The position numbers were made by a program, and so were the translations under genes. Positions 29,887 through 42,699 of a stretch of DNA of 64,000 nt are shown one piece after another. Every line of letters starts with the position of its first letter. The stretch's first letter is position 1. A model generated the notes under the pieces. It saw only the letters and a program-made list of their open reading frames with translations, was not told the DNA's origin and did not search any database. Source of the DNA: Octopus vulgaris (Eukaryota); contig OX597815.1 in assembly GCA_951406725.2 (NCBI GenBank), positions 182,900,001-182,964,000 of the forward strand. The letters run 5' to 3'.

Positions 29887-30414
29887 GGAGAGAGAGAGAG
29901 ACATACATACACACACGTTTGTATCTATGTATGTATGCAATTTAAGACATTTTAAATTACATTTTAATTGTGAAAATCCATCAATATTTCAAATCCAAAT
30001 TTCTTTCCTTAGGGAAATCAATATTTTACTTCCGTTTCGTTCCACTCGAATCTATTTTCATTAATTCTTTACTTACTCTACTCTATGAAGTAGAATGCGC
30101 CATTTTGTCTTTCTTGGAGAGCAGACAAACAGACTCACAACTTGCCAACAAACTTGTACAGATTTTTCGCTTCCATGCACTCGAACGGGAAATTAGCAGC
30201 CTTAATCTCATCCTTTCATTTATTCGATTGATAAAAATTAAGTTCCCATATTACTTTTACAAATTGTAGTGCCTGTTCATTATCCAATCAATCAACGTAC
30301 GCGTGCACTTCATCATCATCATCATCATCATCACCTTTATTACCATCATCATCATTATCATCACCATTATCATCATCATTATCACCATTATTACCATCAT
30401 CATCTGCTTCATTA

Positions 30415-30630
30415 AGGCGGCGTGTTGGTAGAAACATTAGTATACCGTCGAGATTCTTTTAGCAGCATTTCGTCTGTTTTTACCTTCTGAGTTCAAATTC
30501 CGCAGAGGTTGACTTTGCCTTTCATCCTTTTGGGATCGAAAAATTAAATATTAGTGAAACTCTGGAGTGTAGTGTAATGAACTAGCCCCCACTTCAAAAT
30601 TTCAGGCCTTGTACCTTTAGCAGAAAGGAT
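30415..30630 (+). mobile_element. SINE family A (older copy)
   Basis: Diverged match to family A. Confidence 0.7.
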
Positions 30631-30659
30631 TAATATTATTATTATTATTTTGTTATTTA

Positions 30660-30950
30660 ATCTTAATCTGCATGCTTATTACAATCACTTGCCGAGACGC
30701 ACCCAGCGTCCTAAGACGAGTGAAGAATAAGAGATGTTACAGCATCACTGAAAACTTGAGCAGGAGAAGTGGCGGGGGCAATAGCGAAATGTAATACAAC
30801 ACAGACATTTAAAGTGGTAGGGTTTTTCTAAGGATGTGAGAAATCATTTGGATTTCTCTGAGACATCTAGAAAACATCCTGAGATGTTTCTGACATCCCT
30901 TTTTTTTATCATACCTAGGGGCACCTACAATGACAGGAACAGTTCTTATT
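30660..30950 (-). pseudogene. 3'-end fragment of RLE-type LINE
   Basis: TVPVIVGA...LREIQ..SHILRKTL resembles the C-termini at 10.5-12 kb. Confidence 0.6.
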
Positions 30951-30959
30951 ATTATTATA

Positions 30960-30993
<34 letters not shown>

Positions 30994-31129
30994 TGTATTG
31001 GGCTGACCAACAAAGTTCTTTCACTTTTTAAAGAGAAAATAAGACGCAAGTTTTAATCATAGTTTGCTGTTTAGTTTCTGTATCTCTTGCCATCTTGTGG
31101 GCGGATCCATTCTTCGCTGCTCAAAGAAA

Positions 31130-31740
31130 CAATAAGCCATTTCAAATGAATGTGATTACATCATATATGATGAAGGGGTACGCTAGCAAGTTATTTTAAG
31201 AAAACGTTAATAGATTTAACGTCAAAGGTAGTTTAGAGAAAGTGAAGGGGGAGAACGAAAGAAAGAAAGTACCAGAAAATGAAGAGTGGAAAAACATAGG
31301 GTAATAGATGAATGAGAATTAAGTTTAAACGCGTGGAAATAGATAATGTAAGAAGGCAGTTAAAGGTGAATTTTATAGATTGGTAGAAATTACTTATAGG
31401 AAGAAAATGTATGTTTTTACCAATGTTTACAACGATAAACGCATTCTTTAAACGTGTTTACAAGAGTATTCTCCGAGGAAAGAATGAGAAATTGCTCTTC
31501 GGTACAGAGCGGTAAAAAAGATTTACCTTTGTCATATGGGAAGGATCTAGATAGAATTTTCCATTCCAAATCGAATTCTTTATTACTCTTAATTTTCTGT
31601 TAATTTCTTTCTTTCTCCTCTTTCTCTTTCTCTAAAATACCTTTGACGTTAAATCTATTAACGGTTTTTTTTTTAATAACTTGCTAGGGTACCACTTCAT
31701 CATATACGTGGTAATCACATTCATTTAAAATGGCTTATTG
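31130..31740. mobile_element. Non-autonomous element with ~130-bp imperfect TIRs (foldback/MITE)
   Basis: CAATAAGCCATTTCAAATGAATGTGATTAC...GTTAATAGATTTAACGTCAAAGGTA mirrored by TACCTTTGACGTTAAATCTATTAAC...GTAATCACATTCATTTAAAATGGCTTATTG. Confidence 0.8.
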
Positions 31741-32366
31741 ATGTGGTCTGTTTCTTTTTTTCCTGACGAGATGATTGCATTGTCTTAGATCGTTTTTATA
31801 CCCTCCGGAATAATTTCAACGCTTTTTTTTCGAAACATATGTTAGAAGTATAAATGATTTGAATAACACCTGTGTTTGACTGCATTTCTTAATTTATCTA
31901 TGTATATATATATGTGTGTGCGTGCGTGTGTGTGTGTGTGTATGTGTGCTTGTGTGTGTGTGGCTTGGAGTGTGCATGTGTGTATGTATGTGTATGTATG
32001 TATGCATGTATGTATTGCTGACGTTATATATGCATCTGTATTTACGCAAACATAAACGTTTATATATACTTGTATGATGAACGCCTGCATATTTACCAAT
32101 ATTCATAATTTGAGCTTTTCAAGAACATTCATTTCAATGACAAGCGAACGACCATACCTGACATCTCTATATTATTGGTCTCTTGTCTTGCTTCCTAGTT
32201 TTATGCATTTATTTCACAAGTTCTTGTATACGTAATCACTTCAGATAAGGCTTCTGCGTTCTGTGCGCTGGTGAAACATTTAAAGACGTAATTTTGTCGT
32301 TGCAACTACTAGAAACTTGATTGTCATTCTGTACACAATGCGTTCAATATATATATATCTACATTA

Positions 32367-33425
32367 AGGCGGTGAGCTGACAGAAACGTTAGCACACCGG
32401 GCGAAATGCTTAGCGGTATTTCGTCTGGCGCAACGTTGTGAGTTCAAATTCCGCTGAGGTCGACTTTGCCTTTCATCCTTTCGGGGTCGATAAATTAAGT
32501 ACCAGTTACGCACTGGGGGTCGATGTAATCGACATAATACCTATGTCTGTCCTTGTTTGTCCCCTCTGTGTTTAGCCCCTTGTGGGTAATAAAGAAATAG
32601 GTATTTCGTCTGCCGCTACGTTCTGAGTTCAAATTCCGCCGAGGTCGACTTTGGCTTTCATCCTTACGCTCTGGGGTCGATATAATCGACTTAATCCTTT
32701 TGTCCGTCCTTGTTTGTCCCCTCTACGTTTAGCTCTTTGTGGGCAATAAAGAAATAACAAACGTAGGCACGCCGGGTGAAATGCTTAGCGGCATTTCGTC
32801 TTGTCTTTACGTTCTGAGTTCAAATTCCGCCGAGGTCGACTTTGCTTTCATCCTTTCGGGGTCGATAAATTAAGTACCAGCTATGCACTGGGGTTGTTGT
32901 AATAGACTTAATCCCTTTGACAGTCCTTGTTTGTCCCCTCTACGTTTAGCTCTTTGTGGGCAATAAAGAAATAACAAACGTAGGCACGCCGGGTGAAATG
33001 CCTAGCGGCATTTCGTCTTGTCTTTACGTTCTGAGTTCAAATTCCGCCGAGGTCGACTTTGCCTTTCATCCTTTCGGGGTCGATAAATTAAGTACCAGCT
33101 ATGCACTGGGGTTGTTGTAATAGACTTAATCCCTTTGACAGTCCTTGTTTGTCCCCTCTATATTTAGCCCCTTGTGGGCAATAAAGAAATAAGAAACGTT
33201 AGCACGCCGGGTGAAATAAGAAATAAGAAACGTTAGCACGCCGGCTGAAATGCTTAGCCGCATTTCGTCTTGTCTTTACGTTCTGGGTTCAAATTCCGCC
33301 GAGGTCGACTTTGGCTTTTTATCCTTTTGGGGTCGATAAATTAAGTACCAGTTGCGTACTGGGGTCGATCTAATCGACTGGCCTCCTCCCCCAAAATTTC
33401 GGGCCTTTTGCCTAGAGTAGAAAAG
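32367..33425 (+). mobile_element. Tandem multimer (~5 units) of SINE family A
   Basis: Repeated GTTCAAATTCCGCCGAGGTCGACTTTG bodies joined at AAGAAATA tails; one tRNA-like head only. Confidence 0.9.
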
Positions 33426-34775
33426 TATATATACCTACATTTATTCTATATATACGGAACTGTTATATTTACAAGTGTCTGTGCATCATGATTGCTTTTC
33501 ATTATATTATAAATAAAGAACGTAAATTATTTCACTTTTATCGTAATTTTTGTTGCAGTGCTTCACGTGAGAAAAAAAGTATTTTCGTTGTAATTGTTAA
33601 ATTTATATTCTAATAATACTTCATATGTAAGTGTGTATTAGAGGGACAGAGAGACAGACTGTGTGTATCTGTATCTGTCTGTCTGTATATGCATGCGTGT
33701 GTGTGTGTGTGTGTGTGTGTGTTTTCGTACATGCGTACATGCTTACAAATGCACATACATCCGTGTATATTAATGAACAATGGTTTTTAATTTAAAATCT
33801 TTATAAAACACAAATTCAATAAATGATCATTGGTGGGTAAATTAGAACATATAAAGCTTTGCAAAGTTGTTTCGTTTCTTTTCTAGACTGTTTTCTCACA
33901 GTTAACTGAGCCATTTGTTGTAACATAATTAAACGTAATTCAATGTACGAAATTTTCTTAACGAACCAATACTATCAGCAATCTTCGAAATTCATGAATT
34001 AGAATGCACACACACACACACGCACACACACACATACACATACGCACACACACACACACACACACATATATACATACACCCACGCACACATACACCCACA
34101 CACAAACTTATGTGCATATTCGTAAGGTATATCTATATATGTGTGTGTGTCTATGTATATATATATGTGTGTGTCTATGTATATATATATATATGTGTAA
34201 GTATATAAATATATATATACACACATATATATATATATATATATACACATATATATATAATACACATATATACATACATATATCATATATATATATTTAT
34301 ATACATATATAATGTACATACATTCACCAACTCCCTCACACATACACGCACACACACAGATATATAAGTATATATACGTACATATATATATATATATATA
34401 TACACTTGTTTGTCTATGTGTAAATATGTACTGGTATGTATATAAGTAACAATTTCAAGAATGTGCATATCGGTGCAGGCTAACAATGGATTGCACATAT
34501 GCATAGGAAAGAGCTCATATACTTACCCAATTACACAAAAGAAGACGCATATATGATGCATAGGTTACGTCTTTATTTATACAAAAATATGTCGGCGAAA
34601 AGAATGAGTGATTGATGGAAAATGAATAAGAGAAAAGCCAGACAATCAGATGGAAACAAATTTAACTTTGTTCACGGACCTGAATTCATTCCTGTTTATT
34701 TATAAATCACATTAGTCACACATTTGCGCATATACATTCAAACGTACGTAAATACATAAACATACATATGTATAC

Positions 34776-34920
<145 letters not shown>

Positions 34921-35637
34921 TATAAAACTGAAATGCGTTTTTACCGCTTGGTTCGCTTTCAATGCCACTACGTCTCGTCCGATTCGCTCCAAAATTTACA
35001 GGGATATGTAGAATGAGGTGACGATGCCCGTGGGCTACCTTAGAAATCCCTATCTTGAAAGGTGTGGTTGCTAGGGGCCATCTTCCTCACTCACGCTATT
35101 TCCTCCTTTCCCTCTCTTACTCCCCTTTATTTATAACTTTGAGAGATCCACTCCCGTTATTTAATGCATTCCACTCAACTCCCTTTCACTTTCCCTTTAT
35201 AAGTTCGTCAGACGGCTTTCTTTGATGTATCTGTCTGCTTTCATAGGGAGAATTATCATCGCTACCAACAACACACAATAATGAGAACAAATATTATGAA
35301 TCAGATATTCATTGCGTTCATTTATATATGTGTGTGTGTGCGTGTGTTCGATATATAAATATGCATATATAATGTATATATACAAAGTGTATATATCTGT
35401 ATTTATGTATATTAAACTTTTTAATACTTTTTGATAGTTATATATATTTTTAAACAAATTATAAATATAATTTAATAATTTTTATTTTAAATTTAAATAA
35501 TTTAAATTTTTCAATTTTATATATTTTATATATTATATTTTTATTTTTATGTTTTTGTTTTTGTTTTTGTTTTGCCTATTAGTGGTTTTATCTCTAATTT
35601 AATTTATACATATATATAATTTGTATATATAATGCGT

Positions 35638-35742
<105 letters not shown>

Positions 35743-35793
35743 GTGTGCATTATGTGGTCGGTCGGTTCAGCTGAAAATATGCACACCTATGAA

Positions 35794-36846
35794 CCCTTCG
35801 TTACTATATTTCTGACCAAAATACACCCTTTATGTGTTTCAATTAATTTCTAACATAATCATAAAGTTAGTCTGGTTTCATTAAACAACTATAACTTTTT
35901 TATTTATCAATATATTAATGTGATTTTTTGAAGATAATTTAATGAAATGTTCTCAACCAATTCTATACTATAATTTTTGTCACAAAGTGACTCTAATTGC
36001 AGGTAGATACAGGTAAATTCAACAAAATATGAAATTATTAAAATTTTGTTCAAACATCGCTATAGAAAATGGGTTATTAGCTAATATTCAATTGGGTATA
36101 CAACAAAATTTTACGATAGAATTTTATATTCTGGGTAACTTTCTGATACCCATAATAATATTTATGGCAAAATAGTCTTCATTTCATTTAAGGTTGTGGG
36201 AAACCACTAACTATCCTTTCTTTCGTTTTGCTTACATTTAGCGTAACGGTTCGTTTCCGACGTAATGATTTCGAAAAAGTAAAAAGAAATAGTCTAAGGC
36301 TTTACTCTCATGGGAAGGTCTGTGGCTTGGTCCAGTTTCTTCAGAAAAATCACCGAAAGAAACAGTTTTTCAATTTTCACTCCATTCAGGTGCCAATTCA
36401 TTTTCTTTATCGCTGTCGGAGCTCTCGGATTCACTGTTTTCATCAGATTCATTATCAAATACCACGTGCTTTTTTTTGGCAGTCATAGAGTTAGATTTAT
36501 CAAGGTCTTCAGTAGAAAATCCTTCGAATTCTGACTCGCTGCTTGATATGATGAAATTCGTATCCATTTTTTGTCAGAATTACAAAGTTTGAAAACACAA
36601 TAGGAACAAATTTTGGAAAAAATCTCCCAAAATTCACGGAATTAAAATTACACTTCGATTGTTGTACAAAACTGTAGATGAACTGTTTACGAAGTATAAT
36701 CACGTGTTTTCACGAATGTAATAAAGAGATTTGCTCTGATATTCTCATTTAAATATGAATAGGTAAATACGGACGGGTTTGGGCGGTTTGGTCACATTAA
36801 CCAAAATTTTTTTCGGGCGGCTTTGGGCGGTTTGGTAACGAAAGGG
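35794..36846 (-). mobile_element. Internally deleted piggyBac transposon
   Basis: TIRs CCCTT(T)CGTTAC; TTAA at 36847-36850; the sister Helitron copy has the empty TTAA site at 38818-38821. Confidence 0.9.
36120..36567 (-). pseudogene. piggyBac (PGBD-type) transposase N-terminal pseudogene
   Basis: Acidic N-terminus SSSESEFEGF, then across stops and frameshifts ETGP..LDYFFLLF, EIITSETNRYA, WFPTTLNE, INIIMGIRKLP. Confidence 0.88.
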
Positions 36847-37987
36847 TTAAAAGTGCTGGCAAGTTTGCATGACAACTATTTTTTTCCTCAAATGAAAGGC
36901 GTGACCTCTAGAACAAAATTCCTCATCTTATAAAATGTGGCCCCAGTAGACCCGAATGAAATCGGGTTATATTAACCAAAAGGTGAAAAGGGGTATAAAT
37001 GGGGCTGGAAGGGGATTAAAATTTAAAGGAGCGATTGTTTAGGAATTCTCTGTTACATCAAGCTAAAAAATTTGCGCCAGCCTTTTAATCGTCAATGTGT
37101 TGCCGTCCATGATGAAGAGGTTTTGAATGCTTGCCATGGTGAGTCTACTGTCGTGAGAAAGAATCAATTCAAAACTTGGTGTTTACGAATTTTCTTTTAC
37201 ATCAAGTTCAAAATTTTACGCCAGCCGTTAAACTGTCAATACGTTGCTGTCCGTCATTAAGAAATGCCAGTCATGGTGACTCTACTATCCTCAAATTCTA
37301 TCCCTTCAAACTTTGCTTTCCAATATTTTATTATTTTTATTCAGCTCGCAAGTTCGTCTGTCCCTTTTAAATGTTAGCGTTTTGCTGTCTGCCTTGAAGC
37401 AGACCATTCCGTTGCCACTGCCTGATATTTATGATTGATCTTTCTAAATATTTTATTTCTCAACTTACTCAAGATCTTTTGTTGTTTATAAATGGGAGAG
37501 AGATAGATAAGGATAGAGAGTAAGAGAGAGCGAGGGAGAGTCCGAGAGAAAAGAAAAGAAAGAGAGTGGGAAAGTGAGAGAGAAAGGAGAGAGAAACAAA
37601 GAGGGAGAATCATCATCATCATCATCGTTTAACGTCCGTTTTCCGTCCTAGCACGGGTTGGACAGTTTGACCGGGTTCTGGGAAGCCAGGAGGCTGCACC
37701 AGGCTCCAGTCTGATCTGGCAGTGTTTCTACAGGTGGATGACCTTCCTAACGCCAACCACTCTGTTAGTGTAGTGGGTGCTTTTTTCGTGCCGCCGGCAC
37801 AGGTGCCAGAGGGGCTCGCAGCGGCCACGATCGGTTGGTGCTTTTTATGTGCCACTAGCACAGAAGCCAGTCAAGGCGGCGCTGCAATCGGCCACGTTCG
37901 GATGGTGCTTTTTACGTGCTGAAAGGAAGCAACAGAAAGTAACAACCACACTCTTACCCGCGCGTAGAGCGGGTCACCTTCAGCTAG

Positions 37988-39947
37988 TCTATATATAAAA
38001 CTGAAATGCGTTTTTACCGCTTGGATCGCTTTCAATGCCACTACATCCCGTCCGATTCGCTCCAAAATTTACAGGGACGTGTAAAATGAGGTGACGATGC
38101 CCGTGGGCTACCTTAGAAATCCCTATCTTAAAAGGTGTGGTTGGGGGCCATCTTCCTCATTCACGCTATTTCCTCCATTCCCCTCTAACTCCCCTTCATT
38201 TATAACTATGACAATTCCACTCCCGTTATTTAATGTATCTGCCTTGCTCAACTCACTCTCGCTATTTCCTCTCTTCCCAGTACATTTTCACTCACTCTAT
38301 TTCTTACCTTCCCATAACTTTTACTCATGTGTCTGTCTGCATTCATAGAGAGAAACAAATATTCCATCGCCATCGCCATCGCATTCTATTGTCTACCTGT
38401 CAACGCGCCGATCGACCAAATACAAACAGAATATAGTGATAACATAGGTTTTTCGTATCTATTACATTTTAACATTTATTTAGAACCCTGCAAATTTTTC
38501 GTGCTAAATTTTCATTTTTTACTACTTTAATTTTTTTTCTTAAATTGATGCTTTTATTAAAATTAATTCTAATTGTCTGGGTCAACAATTCGTTTCCTCG
38601 GAGGATATGGAAATTCTTATTACCCGTCAGAGAAATAACTCCAACAGCTCACAACTATTTCAACAAAGACAAGGTTACCTGCTTACCAATCGAATTCAGC
38701 GTCAACGCTCACGTATGAGAGAGACTCCAACACACACACGCACACACATATATACATATATATATATATAATGTGTGCATTATGTGGTCGGTTAAGCTGA
38801 AAATATGCTCACCTATGTTAAAAGTGCTGGCAAGTTTGCATGACAACTATTTTTTTTTTCCTCAAATGAAAGGCGTGACCTCTAGGACAAAATTCCTCAT
38901 CTTATAAAATGTGGCCCCAGTAGACCCGAATGAAATCGGGTTATATTAACCAAAAGGTGAAAAGGGGTATAAATGGGGCTGGAAGGGGATTAAAATTTAA
39001 AGGAGCGATTGTTTAGGAATTCTCTGTTACATCAAGCTAAAAAATTTGCGCCAGCCTTTTAATCGTCAATGTGTTGCCGTCCATGATGAAGAGGTTTTGA
39101 ATGCTTGCCATGGTGAGTCTACTGTCGTGAGAAAGAATCAATTCAAAACTTGGTGTTTACGAATTTTCTTTTACATCAAGTTCAAAATTTTACGCCAGCC
39201 GTTAAACTGTCAATACGTTGCTGTCCGTCGTTAAGAAATGCCAGCCATGGTGACTCTACTATCCTCAAATTCTATCCCTTCAAACTTTGCTTTCCAATAT
39301 TTTATTATTTTTATTCAGCTCGCAAGTTCGTCTGTCCCTTTTAAATGTTAGTGTTTTGCTGTCTGCCTTGAATCAGACCTTTCCGTTGTTACTGCCTGAT
39401 ATTTATGATTGTTCTTTCTAAATATTTTATTTCTCAACTTACTCAAGATCTTTTGTTGTATATAAATGGGAGAGAGATAGATAAAGATAGAGAGTAAGAG
39501 AGAGCGAGGGAGAGTCCGAGAGAAAAGAAAAGTAAGAGAGTGGGAAAGTGAGAGAGAAAGGAGGGAGAATCATCATCATCATCATCGTTTAACGTCCGTT
39601 TTCCGTGCTAGCACGGGTTGGACAGTTTGACCGGGGTCTGGGAAGCCAGGAGGCTGCACCAGGCTCCAGTCTGATCTGGCAGTGTTTCTACAGGTGGATG
39701 ACCTTCCTAACGCCAACCACTCTGTGAGTGTAGTGGGTGCTTTCTTCGTGCCGCCGGCACAGGTGCCAGTGGGGCTGGCAGCGGCCACGATCGGTTGGTG
39801 CTTTTTACGTGCCACCAGCACAGAAGCCAGTCAAGGCGGCGCTGCAATCCGCCACGTTCGGATGGTGCTTTTTACGTGCTGAAAGGAAGCAACAGAAAGT
39901 AACAACCACACTCTTACCCGCGCGTAGAGCGGGTCACCTTCAGCTAG
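37988..39947 (+). mobile_element. Non-autonomous Helitron family C, copy 2
   Basis: Starts TCTATATATAAAACTG directly after the CTAG of copy 1; ends with the same hairpin and CTAG|T. Confidence 0.88.
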
Positions 39948-40065
39948 TATATATATATATATATAGTTAATCCAAACATGAAAACACAAGAGAAAACACA
40001 ACAACGCGAGGACGTGGAACAAATATAGTATTATTGGACGCTCAGGAAGGAAGGGAAGAAGGACG

Positions 40066-40100
40066 GTTTTACGTTTCGAGCGAGGCTCTTCGTCAGAAAC
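40066..40100 (-). ncRNA. Minimal type I hammerhead ribozyme fold
   Basis: Minus strand GTTT-CTGACGA-A-GAGC-CTC-GCTC-GAAACGTA-AAAC; intact core, palindromic ACGT stem III. Confidence 0.7.
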
Positions 40101-40170
40101 ATAGGAAAAGGAAAGATCCAGAGAAGGGAAGACGGAGGAAAAAAATCGCCAACGGTACACACGCGGCCAC

Positions 40171-40248
<78 letters not shown>

Positions 40249-40276
40249 TATATATATGTGTATGTATATATGCATA

Positions 40277-40353
<77 letters not shown>

Positions 40354-40438
40354 TGTCAAATATCAGTGTCAAATCGACACTGGAAAAAGTATATGTATTT
40401 GTGAAGGGATCTGACTTCTCATCGACAACCATGATTGT

Positions 40439-40483
40439 CACACGCTGATGAAAGGTAAACACCTTGAAACTCGGGTACGCGTG
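40439..40483 (+). ncRNA. Minimal type I hammerhead ribozyme fold with extended helix I
   Basis: CACACG-CTGATGA-AAGGT-AAAC-ACCTT-GAAAC-TCGG-GTA-CGCGTG. Confidence 0.8.
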
Positions 40484-41640
40484 TATCATGTGTTGAAGAC
40501 GGGAGGATGACTCCCCTTCACAAATACTGACAGGATACAGATAGTGTGTCTATAGCCAGCTGGAGGAGATATTTTCCTGGGGCTACAAACTACAGTAGCA
40601 TCCACCCTTATGGGTTAGCCATATTCATATGGCATATATGCATCACGATGTGTTACCGCTACTGTTTATAACTCGCTCTGAGATTTATCATTGTTATATA
40701 TATATATATCTGTAATATATGTGACAATTATTCGGTTGCCATACTAAAACTCTGAGTTACGGATGTCGGGGTTGAAATCTCCTCCCGCATCTTGTCAGAT
40801 ATTAACAAATGGCACTCTGTCGGTTACGAGGGCGAGGATTCCGGTTTATCCGATCAACGGAACAGCCTACTCTTGAATTTAACGTGTACGTGGTTGAACA
40901 CGCCACAGACATGTATACTCTTAACGAAGTTCTCAATGAGATTCAGCGTGACGACACAGTGTGATAAGATTGCCCTTTGAAATAGAAGTTTGAAATAGAA
41001 GTTAAAACAAACATGTGCTAAAAGAAATAATTTGACTGAGGAGTTGAATAGGAACGGCGTAGATTGTTTGCAAAAAGGTATATTTAATACGATGTAAAAT
41101 ATATATTCTTTGCTTTCATGCTTGACCCTTATAGGTCATTGCAACTGATTATAAACACAAAGTTTTCATAATGTTTGTTCTTGACCAACAAAAGGACATA
41201 TCAGAACCCAGAACCATTGAAAGAGAACTAGCAGGAATCAGAAATTATTTGGATCCATATTATCCTTTATTAGTGTAAATTCGCACAGTGTCTATCAGAG
41301 CTGAAATTAAGATTCGAAAAAATCTGGGATGATCACAATTATAACGCTTTTGAAGCTAATTTGAAGGAATGTGTGAATCTACGAAAAGAAACAAAAAAAA
41401 ACGTAGAGACAGGATAGCCACATTTGGAAGGCTTTCGATCTTACTAAAAGTCATGGCCAAAGACCTTTGAAACAAAATTTTTCATTCAATTCAATAAGAG
41501 ATGGATGCCTATACACATACAAACACTCACACAATTTTAAAAAATTCCAAATATATAGAAAAAGTAAAAGGCATTAAAAAGTGTTTGGGACAATTCTTAT
41601 TTTATCTTAATTAAAACCGTATATGCATGTGCTAATCGTA

Positions 41641-41696
<56 letters not shown>

Positions 41697-42159
41697 GGGA
41701 TTTACAAAACACAAAAGACAAAGACAGGTGTGTAAACAACAAACAGGTGTATTTGTTTAACGCTCAGGAAGGTGAGAAAGTCTTTGATATATATGTGTCT
41801 GTGTGTATAGACTACGGTTAACATATGCATATACGGATTTAATTAAGATAAAATAAGAATTGTCCAAAACTCTTACTTTTTCTATATTATATTTGGAATT
41901 TTTGAAAACCTTTTTTTTCTACCTTTCCTTATTTTTATCTATATTCTATTATTCTTATGTTTACATATCTATATATCTATATGTCCTTGTATATTTTTAG
42001 TATTCACATATTTTTATATTTCTATATTTTTATATATCTAATATATCAATATATGTTTTACATTGGACAATTATTATTTTATCCTAATTAAACCCGTATG
42101 TGTATGTGCTAATTGTAGTCTACCTGATTTGAACCATTTCTATTTTATCTATTTTATCT

Positions 42160-42500
42160 ACATCAAGATGTAGGACGAGATACTGTGATAGCCTGGGCTT
42201 CCGAGGCCCACAGCTCTTCAATATCCTCCCGAAGAACCTAAGAGACCTGCATGGGGTGGATGCAGATGTCTTTAAAACAAAACTGGATCTCTTCTTGTCA
42301 GGTGTCCCAGATGAACCAACTTCACGGCAGGAGGTGCAGATGAGGGCAGCTGCATCAAACTCTCTCATGCACCAAATGGCAATTGCTAAAAAGCATTCGT
42401 GAAGTAAAATCATGTAGCAACACCAAATGGCGGTGCCCCAGCATGGCCACAGCTTGTGAGCTGAAACTAGATAAAAATAAAAAATAAAATAAATAAAATA
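42160..42500 (+). pseudogene. 3' end of a CR1-group LINE (ORF2 C-terminus, 3' UTR, A-rich tail)
   Basis: SLGFRGPQLFNILPKNLRDLHGVDADVFKTKLDLFLSGVPDEP...AASNSL parallels the C-terminus of the 48-50 kb LINE. Confidence 0.8.
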
Positions 42501-42569
42501 AATATACTTGTGTAGCGCCTCGGATTCGACTTGAGTTCTCCAACGCTGTTTCTCGAAAAACAATTATCA

Positions 42570-42618
<49 letters not shown>

Positions 42619-42699
42619 GTAAGAGAGGAAGAGAGAAACAGCGTTCCTGCTTTGTTATGGGAAGCACGACATATGTTATTGTCGGAATTTTAATTTTTG

